Assembly (NCBI GenBank): GCA_032718475.1
Contig: JAUCBJ010006967.1
Span: 1 to 64,000, forward strand
DNA length: 64,000 bases
From: Nemertoderma westbladi
Taxonomy: Eukaryota; Animalia; Xenacoelomorpha
Direction of reading: 5' to 3'
Both the position numbers and the translations under genes were made by a program. Under the pieces are notes generated by a model. It made no database searches and was not told where the DNA came from. It worked only from the letters and a program-made list of their open reading frames with translations. Below are positions 43,889 through 55,910 of the stretch, piece by piece; positions within the stretch are counted from its first letter, which is position 1, and every line of letters starts with the position of its first letter.

Positions 43889-45275
43889 GATACAATTAAT
43901 TATTTATTCCCGAGTTCTACCCCTTTATGGCGACAAAATGTCATATATTTTTCTACAGAATATAGGCTTAGCTTTTGTGCAGTATACTACTGGTATCATT
44001 TAGTGTATGACAGTTAGGTCAGGGTTAGGGTGCGATACATACCTGTATGTTGAGCATGTTTCAATTTATTTGTATATGTCGTTTTTGTTTGTATTATTTG
44101 TGTCGTAGTACTTTGTTAACTACATTATTAACATTACAATAAAATAAAATAACTTACAAAGACGAGATGCAAGTAGTATAGAATGCTATGACACGGCACC
44201 AAGGTCACCCGTAGTCCATCATTACCATCCATTTCTGGTACTGCAGCCAATCAGAAGCCACCATTTCAACCTTTACCAGTGGTCGTTATTATTTCAACCA
44301 ATCAGATGACAGCATTTCATCCGTAACCATGGTAAATTCTCAAGTTCCCGCTTATTCCGCTAGAGGCGTTATTAGTCCCCCGACGCTAGTACTGCATCCA
44401 ATCACCAACCTTTATTTTACAGGTGTTCGAGTGTCTACACTTAGCATCAGGTAACGTCTACTATTTTTCAAATCGCTATTTTTCACCAACCATTGCATAT
44501 TCATCTTCACATAGCCTAACCTCACGATGCATGGCTAGCCCCCATCCCATCATCGCTACTCAATCCACAGCTGTTACCCACCCACCAACCAACCAATCAA
44601 CGGCGATGTTTGCCTAACCCTACGGTTATTCGCCTTTTCACCACGTTACCACCACTACCGCGCAACCAACCACTGTATACTGTATATGCTGACAACGTGG
44701 CCACCAACTACACACATCATGCATATATTATATTATATTGATTGCCAACTCCACGACTGCTGTCGCCAATCCATTCAACCAAGCAACCTACCAGTCCAAC
44801 AGTAGGATACGTGTTGAAATTCCGCCACGTTTCCGGCTACACGTATACGAACATTTCCATAGTTATTTCCTATTCACGCAACCAACCAACCACTGTATAC
44901 TGTATATGCTGACAACGTGGCCACCAACTACACGCATCATGCATATATTATATTGATTGCCAACTCCACGACTGCTGTCGCCAAATCAACAAACCAAGCA
45001 GTATGATACATGAGATTCCGTCAGGTTCCAGCTACGCGTATACGAGCATTAGTGATTATTATTACGCAATAATTTTTTTGTTTATACAGTAGTTACCCAC
45101 CAGCTAATCAACCAATCAATAAACCGAATTTAGGCTATTTCTCAGTTTAAGACCTGTATTATTTTTGAAAATATATATATAATCTCTTGCTTTAATCGCA
45201 ATTAATCATTTGTAATGGTTTTAGTTTAAAAGTTTTTACTTTGTTTGTTTGATTTACAATAAAATAAATTAAATA

Positions 45276-45722
45276 ATGTCTTCTGATTCCAATATGGTTA
45301 TGCCAATGGTAAGGCATTCATTTTTCGCAGAAGATGGTCAAGCCTATATTGTTATTGATCATACAATTTACCGTCAGGGAGATGATAAATATAAAATTGA
45401 ATTTTCTGAAAAAGCCAGGAAAGTTTTAAGCTCAATCGATATTGATGCTTCAGATAATAGTATTCATCTTTTAGATTACAACCTGAAAGCTGGGCATGAG
45501 GGAGGAAAATTAAGCAACATTTTACTATTATCCATGATAGAGGGATTTATTGTTATTACACAATACAACGAAGCTGGTGAAAAGTTTGAAATACGGCTAA
45601 ATCGACATAGCCCCTACGAAATTATGTCTTTCTTTATTGTAATGATTTCAAAAGAATCCTTTGTCGAACCTGAAGAATCAGCGGATAATGTTGAATATGT
45701 TGATAATATCATTGATTCTTGA
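45276..45722 (+). CDS. Polinton hypothetical protein
   Basis: 148-aa intact ATG ORF inside the Polinton; no recognised motif. Confidence 0.55.
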   Translation: MSSDSNMVMPMVRHSFFAEDGQAYIVIDHTIYRQGDDKYKIEFSEKARKVLSSIDIDASDNSIHLLDYNLKAGHEGGKLSNILLLSMIEGFIVITQYNEAGEKFEIRLNRHSPYEIMSFFIVMISKESFVEPEESADNVEYVDNIIDS

Positions 45723-45887
45723 CTTTTCCCTCTATATTATAAATATTTTATGATTATATATAAAATTTTGTTGTTTTTAAATAATCGAAAATTGTAGTAG
45801 TATTTGTATATACAGTATAACAGTTTTGTTTGTTGTTGTTGTTGTGTATTGTGGTAATTATTTTCAATTTACTTTAAAATTTGGAAA

Positions 45888-46340
45888 ATGGATATTTTAA
45901 ATGAAAAATGTCCAGTTTGCTATTCTAAGTTATTGCAAAAACATCGAGATTATTATAAATGTGAAAATAAACATGCAACTTGCGTACAATGTATTGTACA
46001 ATATTCCGAAATGAATAATTATTGTTCTAAAATTTGTCCTATTTGTCGCGCACCTATATCTAAGTTTAATATAAAGTTGGCAAGATACCAACCCTTTTAT
46101 TGGAAAGAGCTTCGCAATATAACTTATATTTCTGCGAAAAGTAATGATCCCGGAGATTTATTTACAATATTGGAGAATATTTTTTATAGAAACGTAGTAC
46201 GACGCTGTTGCTACTATATTCCTTATTTTTTTAGCGGCGAACATAAAAAAATCATAAGCGCGAAATTTTCGGGAAGTGATTTCCAATCCGCCGATGTTAC
46301 CTATCATTATTTCGCGTATAAAGATGCTCACCATGCTTGA
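45888..46340 (+). CDS. Polinton RING-finger protein (C3HC4-like, putative E3 ligase)
   Basis: CPVC...CENKHATCVQC...CPICR. Confidence 0.8.
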   Translation: MDILNEKCPVCYSKLLQKHRDYYKCENKHATCVQCIVQYSEMNNYCSKICPICRAPISKFNIKLARYQPFYWKELRNITYISAKSNDPGDLFTILENIFYRNVVRRCCYYIPYFFSGEHKKIISAKFSGSDFQSADVTYHYFAYKDAHHA

Positions 46341-46548
46341 AATTACATCAGTCTATACTATAATTGGAAATAGCACCTTTTGCTGCAGCGAGCGTCACAT
46401 ACTGTAGTTGTGTCATATGTTAATTAAATATACAGTACTCTAATATTATTGTAGTTCCATCAATTATTGTTATATACATAGTAATGGTGTTGGTTTATTG
46501 ATATTGATATTATATTATATTGTTGATATATCTTAATAATAATAATAA

Positions 46549-47223
46549 ATGGCTGACTTTAATTCAGGCCCATATAATTTAAACTTTCAAATGGGTACAA
46601 GTATGATAATTTCAGGACCATCTGGCTCCGGAAAGTCAACCTTTGTGGGGAATTTAATTAAACACAAGAATGGCTGCTTCAACGAAGCCCCTTTGCGAGT
46701 ATTGTATTGTTACGGGAGCAATCCCCCAACTATTCCCGGTATTACTCACCTTTACAAAGGCTTGCCTGAAAATATAGATAGTTTAGTGAATAGTCGAGAT
46801 TTATTAATTATAGATGATTTGTTAACAGAAACTGTGTCCAGTACAGCTTTAACAGTATTGTTTACTAAGGTAGCTCATCATTCCAATATATTTATTTGTT
46901 TTATAACGCAAAACATGTTTTACGGTGGGAAGCATAACCGCACAAGATCAATTAATAGCCATACTTTAGTATTAATGAAAAATCCGAGAGACAGTCTATC
47001 GGTTTTAAATTTCGCGAAGCAAATGTTACCAGGACAGACCAAATTTTTAGTTGATTCCTATCAAGATGCAACAATTGAGCCATTTTCACATTTCTTAATT
47101 GATTTACGACAGGAAACACCCGAACATTTAAGATTTAGATCGGATATATTTCGTAATCATAATTGTTACATTAAAAATTACATTGACTATAAACGTAGCG
47201 AAAATAATAATAATGATAAATAA
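46549..47223 (+). CDS. Polinton packaging ATPase (A32/FtsK-like)
   Basis: Walker A GPSGSGKST, Walker B LLIIDD, ITQN, RSINS..VLMKNPRD. Confidence 0.9.
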   Translation: MADFNSGPYNLNFQMGTSMIISGPSGSGKSTFVGNLIKHKNGCFNEAPLRVLYCYGSNPPTIPGITHLYKGLPENIDSLVNSRDLLIIDDLLTETVSSTALTVLFTKVAHHSNIFICFITQNMFYGGKHNRTRSINSHTLVLMKNPRDSLSVLNFAKQMLPGQTKFLVDSYQDATIEPFSHFLIDLRQETPEHLRFRSDIFRNHNCYIKNYIDYKRSENNNNDK

Positions 47224-47233
47224 TTAATATTTT

Positions 47234-47644
47234 GTGACAATTTTCAATAATGTTGCAACAATGAATAGACTTGTGCAGAAATATCGTAATGAACTGGAAT
47301 TTCTACGCAGCGCTACCCCTCAACAAAGAACTTATTTTATTAACCATACCGCCAGTAACGAATTAATACGGCTCATTGTAAATACTGCATTAAATGTTCT
47401 AAAAGGTAATGTACAATTGACCCCTCATTCATTTAGAAATATTCGCCGCTATAAGAAGGTATTGAAATCACTCAACCGTAAGACAAAAAATATATCAAGT
47501 TACAGAAAAAAGTTAAGCAATCAATCTGGAGGCATACTACCGTTTCTAATACCCTTACTCGCCATTGGTGCGAAACTAGCCGCGAGTGCCGGGGCCGCTG
47601 CCGCTGGGGCTGCTATTGCGAAAAAAATTAACCGTGGACGGTAG
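47234..47644 (+). CDS. Polinton basic core-like protein with a GG|ILPFLIPL hydrophobic tail (adenoviral protein X-like)
   Basis: NVLKGNV.LTP, K/R-rich, QSGGILPFLIPLLA; likely ATG at 47261. Confidence 0.65.
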   Translation: MTIFNNVATMNRLVQKYRNELEFLRSATPQQRTYFINHTASNELIRLIVNTALNVLKGNVQLTPHSFRNIRRYKKVLKSLNRKTKNISSYRKKLSNQSGGILPFLIPLLAIGAKLAASAGAAAAGAAIAKKINRGR

Positions 47645-47650
47645 GTAATA

Positions 47651-48385
47651 ATGGTTAAAACGGGAGTAACATTTAGAAAATTATATTTAGTATCGAGTAA
47701 ACCGTTAGCTACTGATTTAAAACCACAAGATATACCTAGAGTAAATAAATCTGTAAGGAAATATTTAGATACGTTAGGTATACAGTATTACGTAATGTAT
47801 TCTGTGAATAAGGCGGCTATTGTCGAGAGATTTAACAGAACCTTAAAAACAAAGATGTTCAAAATTTTCACACAAAGAGGAAATAATATTTGGATAAAAA
47901 TTTTACCTAAGCTTATCTCAGCTTATAATAGGTCGTATCATAGAACAATACAAATGACACCTATTGAAGTTAATAAATTTAATGAAACTGAATTAATGAA
48001 TAGATTATATGGGAAATATAGACAGATAAATCACAAGAAAATAAAATTTAAAGTTGGAGATACAGTACAATTATCTATTGCTCGTACTGCTTTCGCTAAA
48101 GGCTATCGAGAACAATGGACACGTGAATTATTTATTATTCATCGGGTCAGGTTGGATAGAGTACCAGCGGTAATGTTCGATATTAAGGACAGCACCGGAG
48201 CTATAATAAAGGGCTCATTTTATTCTCACGAACTTCAAAAGGTTCACCCGAATAGTAATATTTATCTAGCAATTGACCAAAAAAATATTGGCAAACTTAA
48301 AGAACGTGTACGCAACGGGAAGAAAGAATATTTAGTCCGATTCATCGGATCCAAGAAACAGTCCTGGGTACAACATATTCAATAA
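47651..48385 (+). pseudogene. Polinton retroviral-like integrase with an internal deletion (C-terminal half and chromo-like tail retained)
   Basis: KAAIVERFNRTLK, YNRSYHRTI.MTP, FKVGDTV, FAKGY..QWT.E.F, EYLVRFIG; the first two catalytic Asp motifs are absent. Confidence 0.82.
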
Positions 48386-48452
48386 GCTTAGGTTTATACT
48401 GTATATTAATTCATTTTGGTCGCATATGACCGTAATTAATCAATAATATTAA

Positions 48453-50813
48453 CCCAGCAAGTCCCGGACCATGAATGCTTCAATGAAATTTCTTGAAATT
48501 TTTATTGTGAGCATAAAGTGGACCTATTAAGAAAATTCCAAACTTTGGTTAACGTACATATATGGGAAGATAGATTTTACATAGGGTCTACAAATGTAGA
48601 CGTTAGGACTTCAAGGGTACAAAAATACACTTATTTTGTGCAAAAATATGTGCAGACAGTGGTGCGGACACTGGTGCAGTCAGTGGTGCAGACACCTGGT
48701 GCAGACAGTGGTGCAGACAGTGGTGCAGACAGTGGTGCAGACACTGGTGCAGACACTGGTGCAGACAATGGTGCAGACAGTGGTGCAGACACTGGTGCAG
48801 ACTTTGGTGCAGACAGTGGTGCAGACACTGGTGCAGACACTGGTACAGACACTGGTGCAGACAGTGGTGCAGACACTGGTGCAGACAGTGGTGCGGACAC
48901 TGGTGCAGACAGTGGTGCAGACAGTGGTGCAGACACCTGGTGCAGACAGTGGTGCAGACAGTGGTGCAGACAGTGATGCAGACAGTGATGCAGACACCTG
49001 GTGCAGACACTGGTGCAGACAGTGGTGCAGACACGCGTGCAGACAGTGGTGCAGACAGTGGTGCAGACACTGGTGCAGACAGTGGTGCAGACAGTGGTGC
49101 GGACACTGGTGCAGACAGTGGTGCAGACACCTGGTGCAGACAGTGGTGCAGACACTGGTACAGACACTGGTGCGGACAGTGGTGCACACACTGGTGCAGA
49201 CAGTGGTGCAGACACATGCATCATGCTGCATGAAGGCCTTTTAGCAGTTTCAACAGCCCTTTTCAGCATTTATCATGCTGCACGAAGGCATCTGAACAGT
49301 TTCAACAGCTATTTTCAGCATTCTCATATTGCACAAATCCCTCTGAACAACTTCAAATGTTATTTTTTAGCATTTATGCTGCATGAAGGACTTTGAACAG
49401 TTTTATAACTTTCAACAGCAATTTTCAGCTTTTCTCATGTTGCACAAAGCCATCTGAACAGTTTTATCAACTCTTTTCAGTATTTCACCTTCTGTGCGAA
49501 GGCCTGAAAGTTTCAAAACTTATTTTCAGTCTTTCTCAAGCTACTCGAAGACCGCTGAACAGTTTCAACAGCTCTTTTCAGCATTTATCATGCTGCACAA
49601 AGCTCTGAATAGTTTCATTTCAAAATCTTTTTTCAGCGTTTATCATGCTGCACAAAGGTCTCTGAGCAGCTTTGAGAGATCTTTTATGTATTTTTCAAAC
49701 TGTGCGAAGGCCCCTGGGCAGTTTTATCAGTTCTTTTCAGTTTTTCTCATGATACATGATACCCTCTGAACAATTTCAACAGCACTTTTCAGCATTTATC
49801 ATGCTGCACAAAGGACTCTGAACAGTTTTAGTGGCTCTTTTCAGGTATTTAACATGCTGCGCGAAGGCCTGAATAATTTCAAAAGCTCTTTTCAGTATTT
49901 AAAATGCAGCAAGAATGTCTCTAACCAAAGCGTTTTGACAGCTTGTTTCAGTATTTGTGATGCTACTTGACTGCTTGAAGGCCTCTAAATAGATTTGGTG
50001 GGGTTGAAATGAACATAAGAACCCAGCGTTCATGTCAATATTGACATTAGATGTCAATATTGACATGCAATAAAACATACTGTATCATTAAAATTATTAC
50101 AAACAACAATATACATTGGTTGGATTCAACAATATTTTAATTAAAATAGATATTCTCTTTACAAAAAAACATTTTCTACTTTTCAAATCACAATATTTAA
50201 AAAATTTATGATCAAAACATGTCAATATTGACATCATGTCAATTTTGACATGGAACATGTCAATATTGACAACATGTCAATATTGACAAAGTGCCCGACT
50301 GTACAGTACCTACTCTATGTCAGGTGAAATTATGAGCCCCTGTATCCTGTATCCATATTCCTGTATGAAATGTCTTCTGAAATTACAGTATATACTGTAC
50401 TACAGTAATTTCAGTGATATATTGTACCCCTTAAGTCCTAAGGTCTACATTTGTAGACTTGCTCATTCAGGACATCACGAATTCTAATTACATGTTGTTG
50501 GGAGCTTCATAATTCATTTATATGTTCAGAAATTATCAGGGATGATAATATTTGCATCTCCAAGTCACATGAGGCAACTTTCGTCCTAAAATTAGAGTTG
50601 AATTGACTCGTACTCTTTTTGCATAAATTCACTAAAATTGAGCTTTTGTCAGATGTTAGTATTGCGAACATGAGGGCTAAAATTTACTTTAAATAGTACT
50701 CCCATGCCTCTAAGTCTGATTTATAGTGAAAATACTAAATAAATTGGTACAGCTTTTAATTGAGAGCACCATATTGCATGGGTCTACAAATGTAGACCTT
50801 AGGACTTAATGGG
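48453..50813. mobile_element. piggyBac-like non-autonomous composite insertion (TTAA-flanked, four TIR-like copies) inside the Polinton
   Basis: TTAA|CCCAGCAAGTCC ... GGACTTAATGGG|TTAA. Internal end-like copies at about 48583-48617 and 50428-50458 carry the palindrome GTCTACA(A/T)(A/T)TGTAGAC. Confidence 0.7.
48650..49215. repeat. 12-bp minisatellite GGTGCAGACA(G/C)T, about 47 copies
   Basis: Direct reading; it produces spurious repetitive ORFs in all frames. Confidence 0.97.
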
Positions 50814-50990
50814 TTAACTCGAATGATATTACTATATCTATAGTTCATCCGCTTTAAATAAAGCCAGTAAAATATTGATCCCACACATATACTGTAGAAG
50901 ATGCTGGCAATGAACGTGGTCACAGATGTCTATAATTTAACATTATACTGTATGTACAAAGGAGTCAAGTAGAGAGAGCGAGCTTTAATA

Positions 50991-51863
50991 ATGGCCACAG
51001 ATACATATATCACTCTACTGTCAGATAGCTCATTGAACACTTATCCCAATAATAATCCTAGTGAGTTTACTGTTGATTTAGCCGAAGAATTATATATTGG
51101 TCCAAATGCCAAAATTGGACTCGCCGAACTTCAATACCAAGCAACATACAGTAATATTACGCTGCAAACTCAAATCTCACTGTCAATCGGGGTAGATGCA
51201 AAAGATGCCAAATTATATAGTTTATTTCCTGGTATGCATAACTCTATTCAAGTGATTATTGATGATATAAATAAACTGTTTAATTCTGAAGCGAAATATA
51301 GAGATTTCGAATTCATTTTTAATACAAATAATTCTAGAATTAAATTTAAATTTCCTAAAAAGTTGAAAAAAATACAATTAAGTCTACGAGGTGATTTAAT
51401 ACAAATTCTAGGCTTAAAACCGTTATTGGATTGGAATCATCCGGATATTCCGAATTGGGATATATACAGTACCACTACAGTAGATGAATTAAGCAATATA
51501 GAACAGCCGATATTAATTTTAAATTATAGCGGACCAAAAATTTCGGAAATTGGCATTTTAGATTTTCCAGCTCCCACAAATATAACACGTAATAAAGACA
51601 CTATCTTTATATACACAGATATTATTAAGAGCTCATTTGTTGGCGACGCTTTAGCACCGCTCTTAAGAACCTGCCCTTTAACGCAATTAAATCGAAAATA
51701 TATTAATCACGAATACGAGAGCATTTGCTATTTCCCATTGTTGAATAAAAAACTAAAAACAATCTTAATTACTTTACGTGACGGCCAAGGTCAATTAATT
51801 AACTTCAGTGGAGGCCGTACTGTTATAACACTTAAGTTAATACGGGGTGGCGGCGATGGATGA
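50991..51863 (+). CDS. Polinton minor capsid (penton-like) protein 1
   Basis: YITLLSDSS..YPNNNPSEFTV.L, IGLAEL, IFIYTDII...VGD..APLLR, Y.PL, I.ITLRD..G..I.F..G. Confidence 0.8.
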   Translation: MATDTYITLLSDSSLNTYPNNNPSEFTVDLAEELYIGPNAKIGLAELQYQATYSNITLQTQISLSIGVDAKDAKLYSLFPGMHNSIQVIIDDINKLFNSEAKYRDFEFIFNTNNSRIKFKFPKKLKKIQLSLRGDLIQILGLKPLLDWNHPDIPNWDIYSTTTVDELSNIEQPILILNYSGPKISEIGILDFPAPTNITRNKDTIFIYTDIIKSSFVGDALAPLLRTCPLTQLNRKYINHEYESICYFPLLNKKLKTILITLRDGQGQLINFSGGRTVITLKLIRGGGDG

Positions 51864-52701
51864 GTTCTACGTAAGGCTGCCGAGTAACTCATGTCCAATT
51901 GATTTTCCCCGCAATAGCGCTAGTAATTATCAGATAAATTTCCACGGTGCCTTACCTATAAATCCAAACGAAAACTGGGTGGTAGGTATAAAAAGTATAT
52001 TTTACTTAGCAACGTTGCCGTCCATGTATAACAATGTAGAGAATGTTATTTTATTAAAAAAAGGGAAAAAAATTTTTGAGGATACACTTCCATCTGGTTT
52101 ATTCTACAGTATCAACGACATTATAGATTATTTTAACACGGGGACATTGAAAGATAAATTACAAATAGTTGAAAATACTCAGCAAAATAGATTGCAATTT
52201 ATTTTAGGGAAAACTGTGCGAGAGTTATTTATAGGCCAACAATTAGCCTATTATTTTGGAATTACTGAAAATAATCTTGGCGCGAATTTAAATCCAAATT
52301 TTAAAATTATTTTGAAGACGAAAAATAATATAAAGGGTTATTTAATAAAGGTTATCGGAAATGGAGAAAAGGCTTACCAGATGGTATTTTTATGCCCTCA
52401 ACCATCCAACTCTATTCCAGAACCTAAATCGAACATGTACGTGACTACTAATATAATTGAAAATCAATATATTAACGACTTTGGTTTAGCTTTACTTCGT
52501 CGTGTTGCGATACCTGATGATGTGAAATATGGCAGCGTAATAAATAAAGAATTTGTCAAGGATACAATTCATTATATCCCTGTAAAAAAATCATATAAGA
52601 TAACATACATTCATATTGAAATAACAGACAAAGAAGGAAAAGATTTGTATTTTGAATACGGAACAACTTGTATTACCTTACACTTTAAACGTATAAATTA
52701 A
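51856..52701 (+). CDS. Polinton minor capsid (penton-like) protein 2
   Basis: FYVRLPSNS..FPRNSASNY, W.VGI, MYV.TNII...I.D...LLR, HYIPV, IHIEITD..G..L.FE.G...ITLHFK. Confidence 0.8.
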   Translation: MDEFYVRLPSNSCPIDFPRNSASNYQINFHGALPINPNENWVVGIKSIFYLATLPSMYNNVENVILLKKGKKIFEDTLPSGLFYSINDIIDYFNTGTLKDKLQIVENTQQNRLQFILGKTVRELFIGQQLAYYFGITENNLGANLNPNFKIILKTKNNIKGYLIKVIGNGEKAYQMVFLCPQPSNSIPEPKSNMYVTTNIIENQYINDFGLALLRRVAIPDDVKYGSVINKEFVKDTIHYIPVKKSYKITYIHIEITDKEGKDLYFEYGTTCITLHFKRIN

Positions 52702-52702
52702 A

Positions 52703-53266
52703 ATGGATTCTGATTTATTTCAAAGATACAGTAAACCTCAATATGGGGGATCAGACTCTAATCTTCCTGTTTTTAAAGGCGGAAAAAGTACCAGAGGCTC
52801 GACGCAAGTTCCTGTTTTTCGTGGTGGTTCATATATTGACCCTTACGGTCAACAAATTGGCGCATTTGGTCCAAACTTAAAACAACGTCGTTTTCAGCGT
52901 TATCGTAGAGGTATGCGGGCAAATCAACACGGAGAAGGTATATTTACAGACGCTTTATCTACATTGAAAAAATTTGGTAAGCCATTAGCTAAAAAAGTTT
53001 AACAGAAAGCTTTACCATTTACCACAAAATTTATGAGACAACACGTAATACCAAAAGGTAAGCGAGTCTTACATCAGCAGGCTAATACGGTTATTAATAA
53101 AGCATTAAATAAAATGAAACCATCAACAAGGTCGGTTGTAGAAAAAGTTTATAGAGATTTAAAGCGACCCGCTAGACAGCCAATGTCTATGAACATACCT
53201 CATCGACGTAGTAAAAAGAGAAATATAAATAGCAAACTGAAACACTGCGAAAAAAGTATTTTTTAA
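52703..53266 (+). pseudogene. Polinton basic core protein with Gly-Gly / Q-x-G-x-G protease-site-like motifs, interrupted by one in-frame stop
   Basis: QYGG, PVFKGG, PVFRGG, QHGEGIF; the ORFs at 52703-53002 and 53033-53266 share a frame across TAA. Confidence 0.6.
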
Positions 53267-53268
53267 TA

Positions 53269-53589
53269 ATGTCAATTATTAAGGAATTAGATTTATTTTC
53301 TACACAGCCAATACAGACTGAATTTAAAGCAAAACATTATGAAACAATTTACCCTGTATCTAATCTCCGTAGCGAATCTAGGGAGGTCACCTTCCTTGTA
53401 CCCAGATCCAATGAATTCTATACGAAACTGCAAGACGCGTTATTAATTACAAAATGTACAGTACGTTGGGATAGACGACTTGAAAACTCCCATATTTATA
53501 TGCTGAATTACCCAGCTGAAACTATGTGGAGTGATATTAAAATTCTTTCAGTTTGTCTTACCTTTTTTTATTATGGGATAACTGGATAG
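53269..53589 (+). pseudogene. Polinton major capsid protein N-terminus, truncated near 53545
   Basis: ELDLFS..PIQT......YETIYPVS, VTFLVP....YT.L, LNYP..TMWSDI. Confidence 0.78.
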
Positions 53590-55910
53590 CTACTACTGGC
53601 GTTCCGTACTTTACGATATCAAGGAAAGCAATTACCTTCTATACACCATTGCCATATCCCCAGATTTTCATACTTCAATAATAAATTGGCTGTTTGAGTA
53701 AATAAATAATTTGAATAATTGAACAGAAAGTAGCGGTGATTTTCTAATAGCAGTTAGAGATGTAAAACGTTTTATGCTTTTAATTAATAAACAACAATTT
53801 AGGAAATTATCATGAAACTGAAAGAAATACCTATTAAATACATAATCTGAAAATTTACTTCTGGAAAAATTATAAAATATTAATGTTTCAGAATAATAGC
53901 TTCTGTTACATTTTTATGGTTAATATGTTTCCACGGGGAAAAATAATACTATTTCTATAAAAACGTTGTGATAATAAATTGTTAGATTTCGAATAAATCA
54001 ATTAATATTTGTTAAATAATGACGGTACAGCTACCTTTGTATTTTGAATCTACATATGCAAAATTTAATAACAAGAACCGCTATCTGCATTGATAAATAA
54101 TTTTTAGCATTGATTCTTCCATATATTAAACATATAAATCCACTTAAATTATCTTTTAAAATAAAAGTGTAAGTCATTTTTCGATAATTTTAGAAATTAC
54201 ATTTTTTTAATTATTTTACCATTTAAATACATAGTAAATTAACAAAACTTAATATCCGTACAACTTAATATGTCTTCTAAGAGATGCGCTTGTTTTTAAA
54301 TTTTCAGGATGCCCAATTTCTGTAAATTTTTGTCAGAATAGTACGGCTTGTATGAATAGCTGACCCCTATGTTACATTTTGTGTCTCACTATATGTATAA
54401 TTTATATATATGTTTACAATACAAACCGTCACAAAGTGCTACCTTATTTTCAAATTATATTTAGCATATGGGACTATGATGTAAGTCACTCTTCTATAAC
54501 GTTTAGTAAGCATAAAATCCTTGTGGGATGTCCGCCTATCTGTCTAATTCAATGTTTCAACATCAATATTACAGCAATTATTTTTTTTATCTGTGCTCAT
54601 GGATGAGAAAGATGTTCGGTAGATGACCCCCGCATCCGCAAAATGAAAGCATCCTTAAAGCTCTTTAAATTGCAGCTTTTCCGTGCAGCTGTGGAGGAAA
54701 TTACAACTAGTAATTTTGCGGCTCTATGGCAATCCTTGCTGGGCTCTCGCAGATTTACAGATGCTCCTCTTAGATATTGTAGCTGAAAACAGAACCTTGA
54801 ATTGGAAAAAAAAATGCAGTACCAAACCAAATACTACATCATTTTGAATATGCCACGCAACCCGCAATAGTAAATACGATTCCATTTTCATGAGATTTCA
54901 CTCTCTCTTTGGCACAAATTAATCCTAAATTAATGTAATTATTAATTAATACATAGATATTTTTATGAGAACCGATATTAATTGACTGTTTTCATTATAC
55001 CTGTATTATAAAGTAGCACTTTACTTAGTCCTTTTCCAAGTGATCCAGAGATCGATAGTGGTAAAGTACAGTAGGCCTACATATAACAACTAGGTATAAT
55101 TAGTCAGAAACTACATGAGTTACTTAGCGAGGTAACCAAATGGTAAAGCCATGTAAAGAAGATTCAGGTTTAGGTTCAGTTTCATTGTAAAGCTCCCTAG
55201 CAATGTATCGTCTCTCTTGAATTTACAAATATATTATATTAGGCCAGTGCTACTCTTGTGCTACTGTACAAGTAGTGCTATATAACAACAACAATTCATT
55301 GTTAACACTAACGGCGCTAAGTAAAGTTAAAATTTTTATTACTTAAATGAAGTAAAAGTAAATTAATTTAAAAATTCGACAATGAAACTACACACTGTGT
55401 AATCTACCTGTTTAGTGTTTATATCGTCGGTGATATGGCGAACAGCCAAAGTGCCATTTTAGCTAAAATGAGGTTTTAACTGAAATTTGTACTAGAGTAC
55501 CTTAGGGAGGTGTGATATAAACGCCAAAGTGATACTCACATCCACTGCTTCAGAAAAGAGATGTGTCTTAGCCAAAGTGAGAATTGCAAATTAAGAGTAG
55601 GAGTTGTGGTAAAAACGCCAATCGCTTCTGTCATGTTACTGTACAAGTGTATTTTTTGCTAAGAAAGCCCAAACTTGGTATGGCAAAAAAGCCAAAGCGA
55701 TGACTTAACATAGTTTGCCAGTGTAGGCCTATATTCCGGCTGTAGTCCGGAGAATAAATGGTTGGCTAAACTTTCAGTTTGTATTGAAATTCATTATAAA
55801 ACATCATACTGGCTGCTACAATTCCATTGTAGCATTTAGCTCGTGTTCCTGTAGCTATTATTAGTTTGTTTGTTGGTGGCTGAATGCCTGGGTTTGTGGC
55901 TAGTTTGTAA

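Larger units (their letters stand above)
44172..53560 (+). mobile_element. Left part of a Polinton/Maverick (adintovirus-like endogenous dsDNA virus), truncated within the major capsid gene
   Basis: AGTAGT terminus at 44172 with a CCAAT-rich terminal region; compact co-oriented ATPase, integrase, penton-like and capsid genes. No pPolB or protease gene in the window. Confidence 0.85.

Noticed and set aside
48518-49396. Overlapping GADS/VQT/CLH repeat ORFs (antifreeze-like)
   Set aside because: Translations of a 12-bp minisatellite that is open in all frames.
54597-54782. Possible terminal exon on the minus strand (TTTTCAG acceptor, open frame to TGA)
   Set aside because: No recognisable homology and no second copy; insufficient support.
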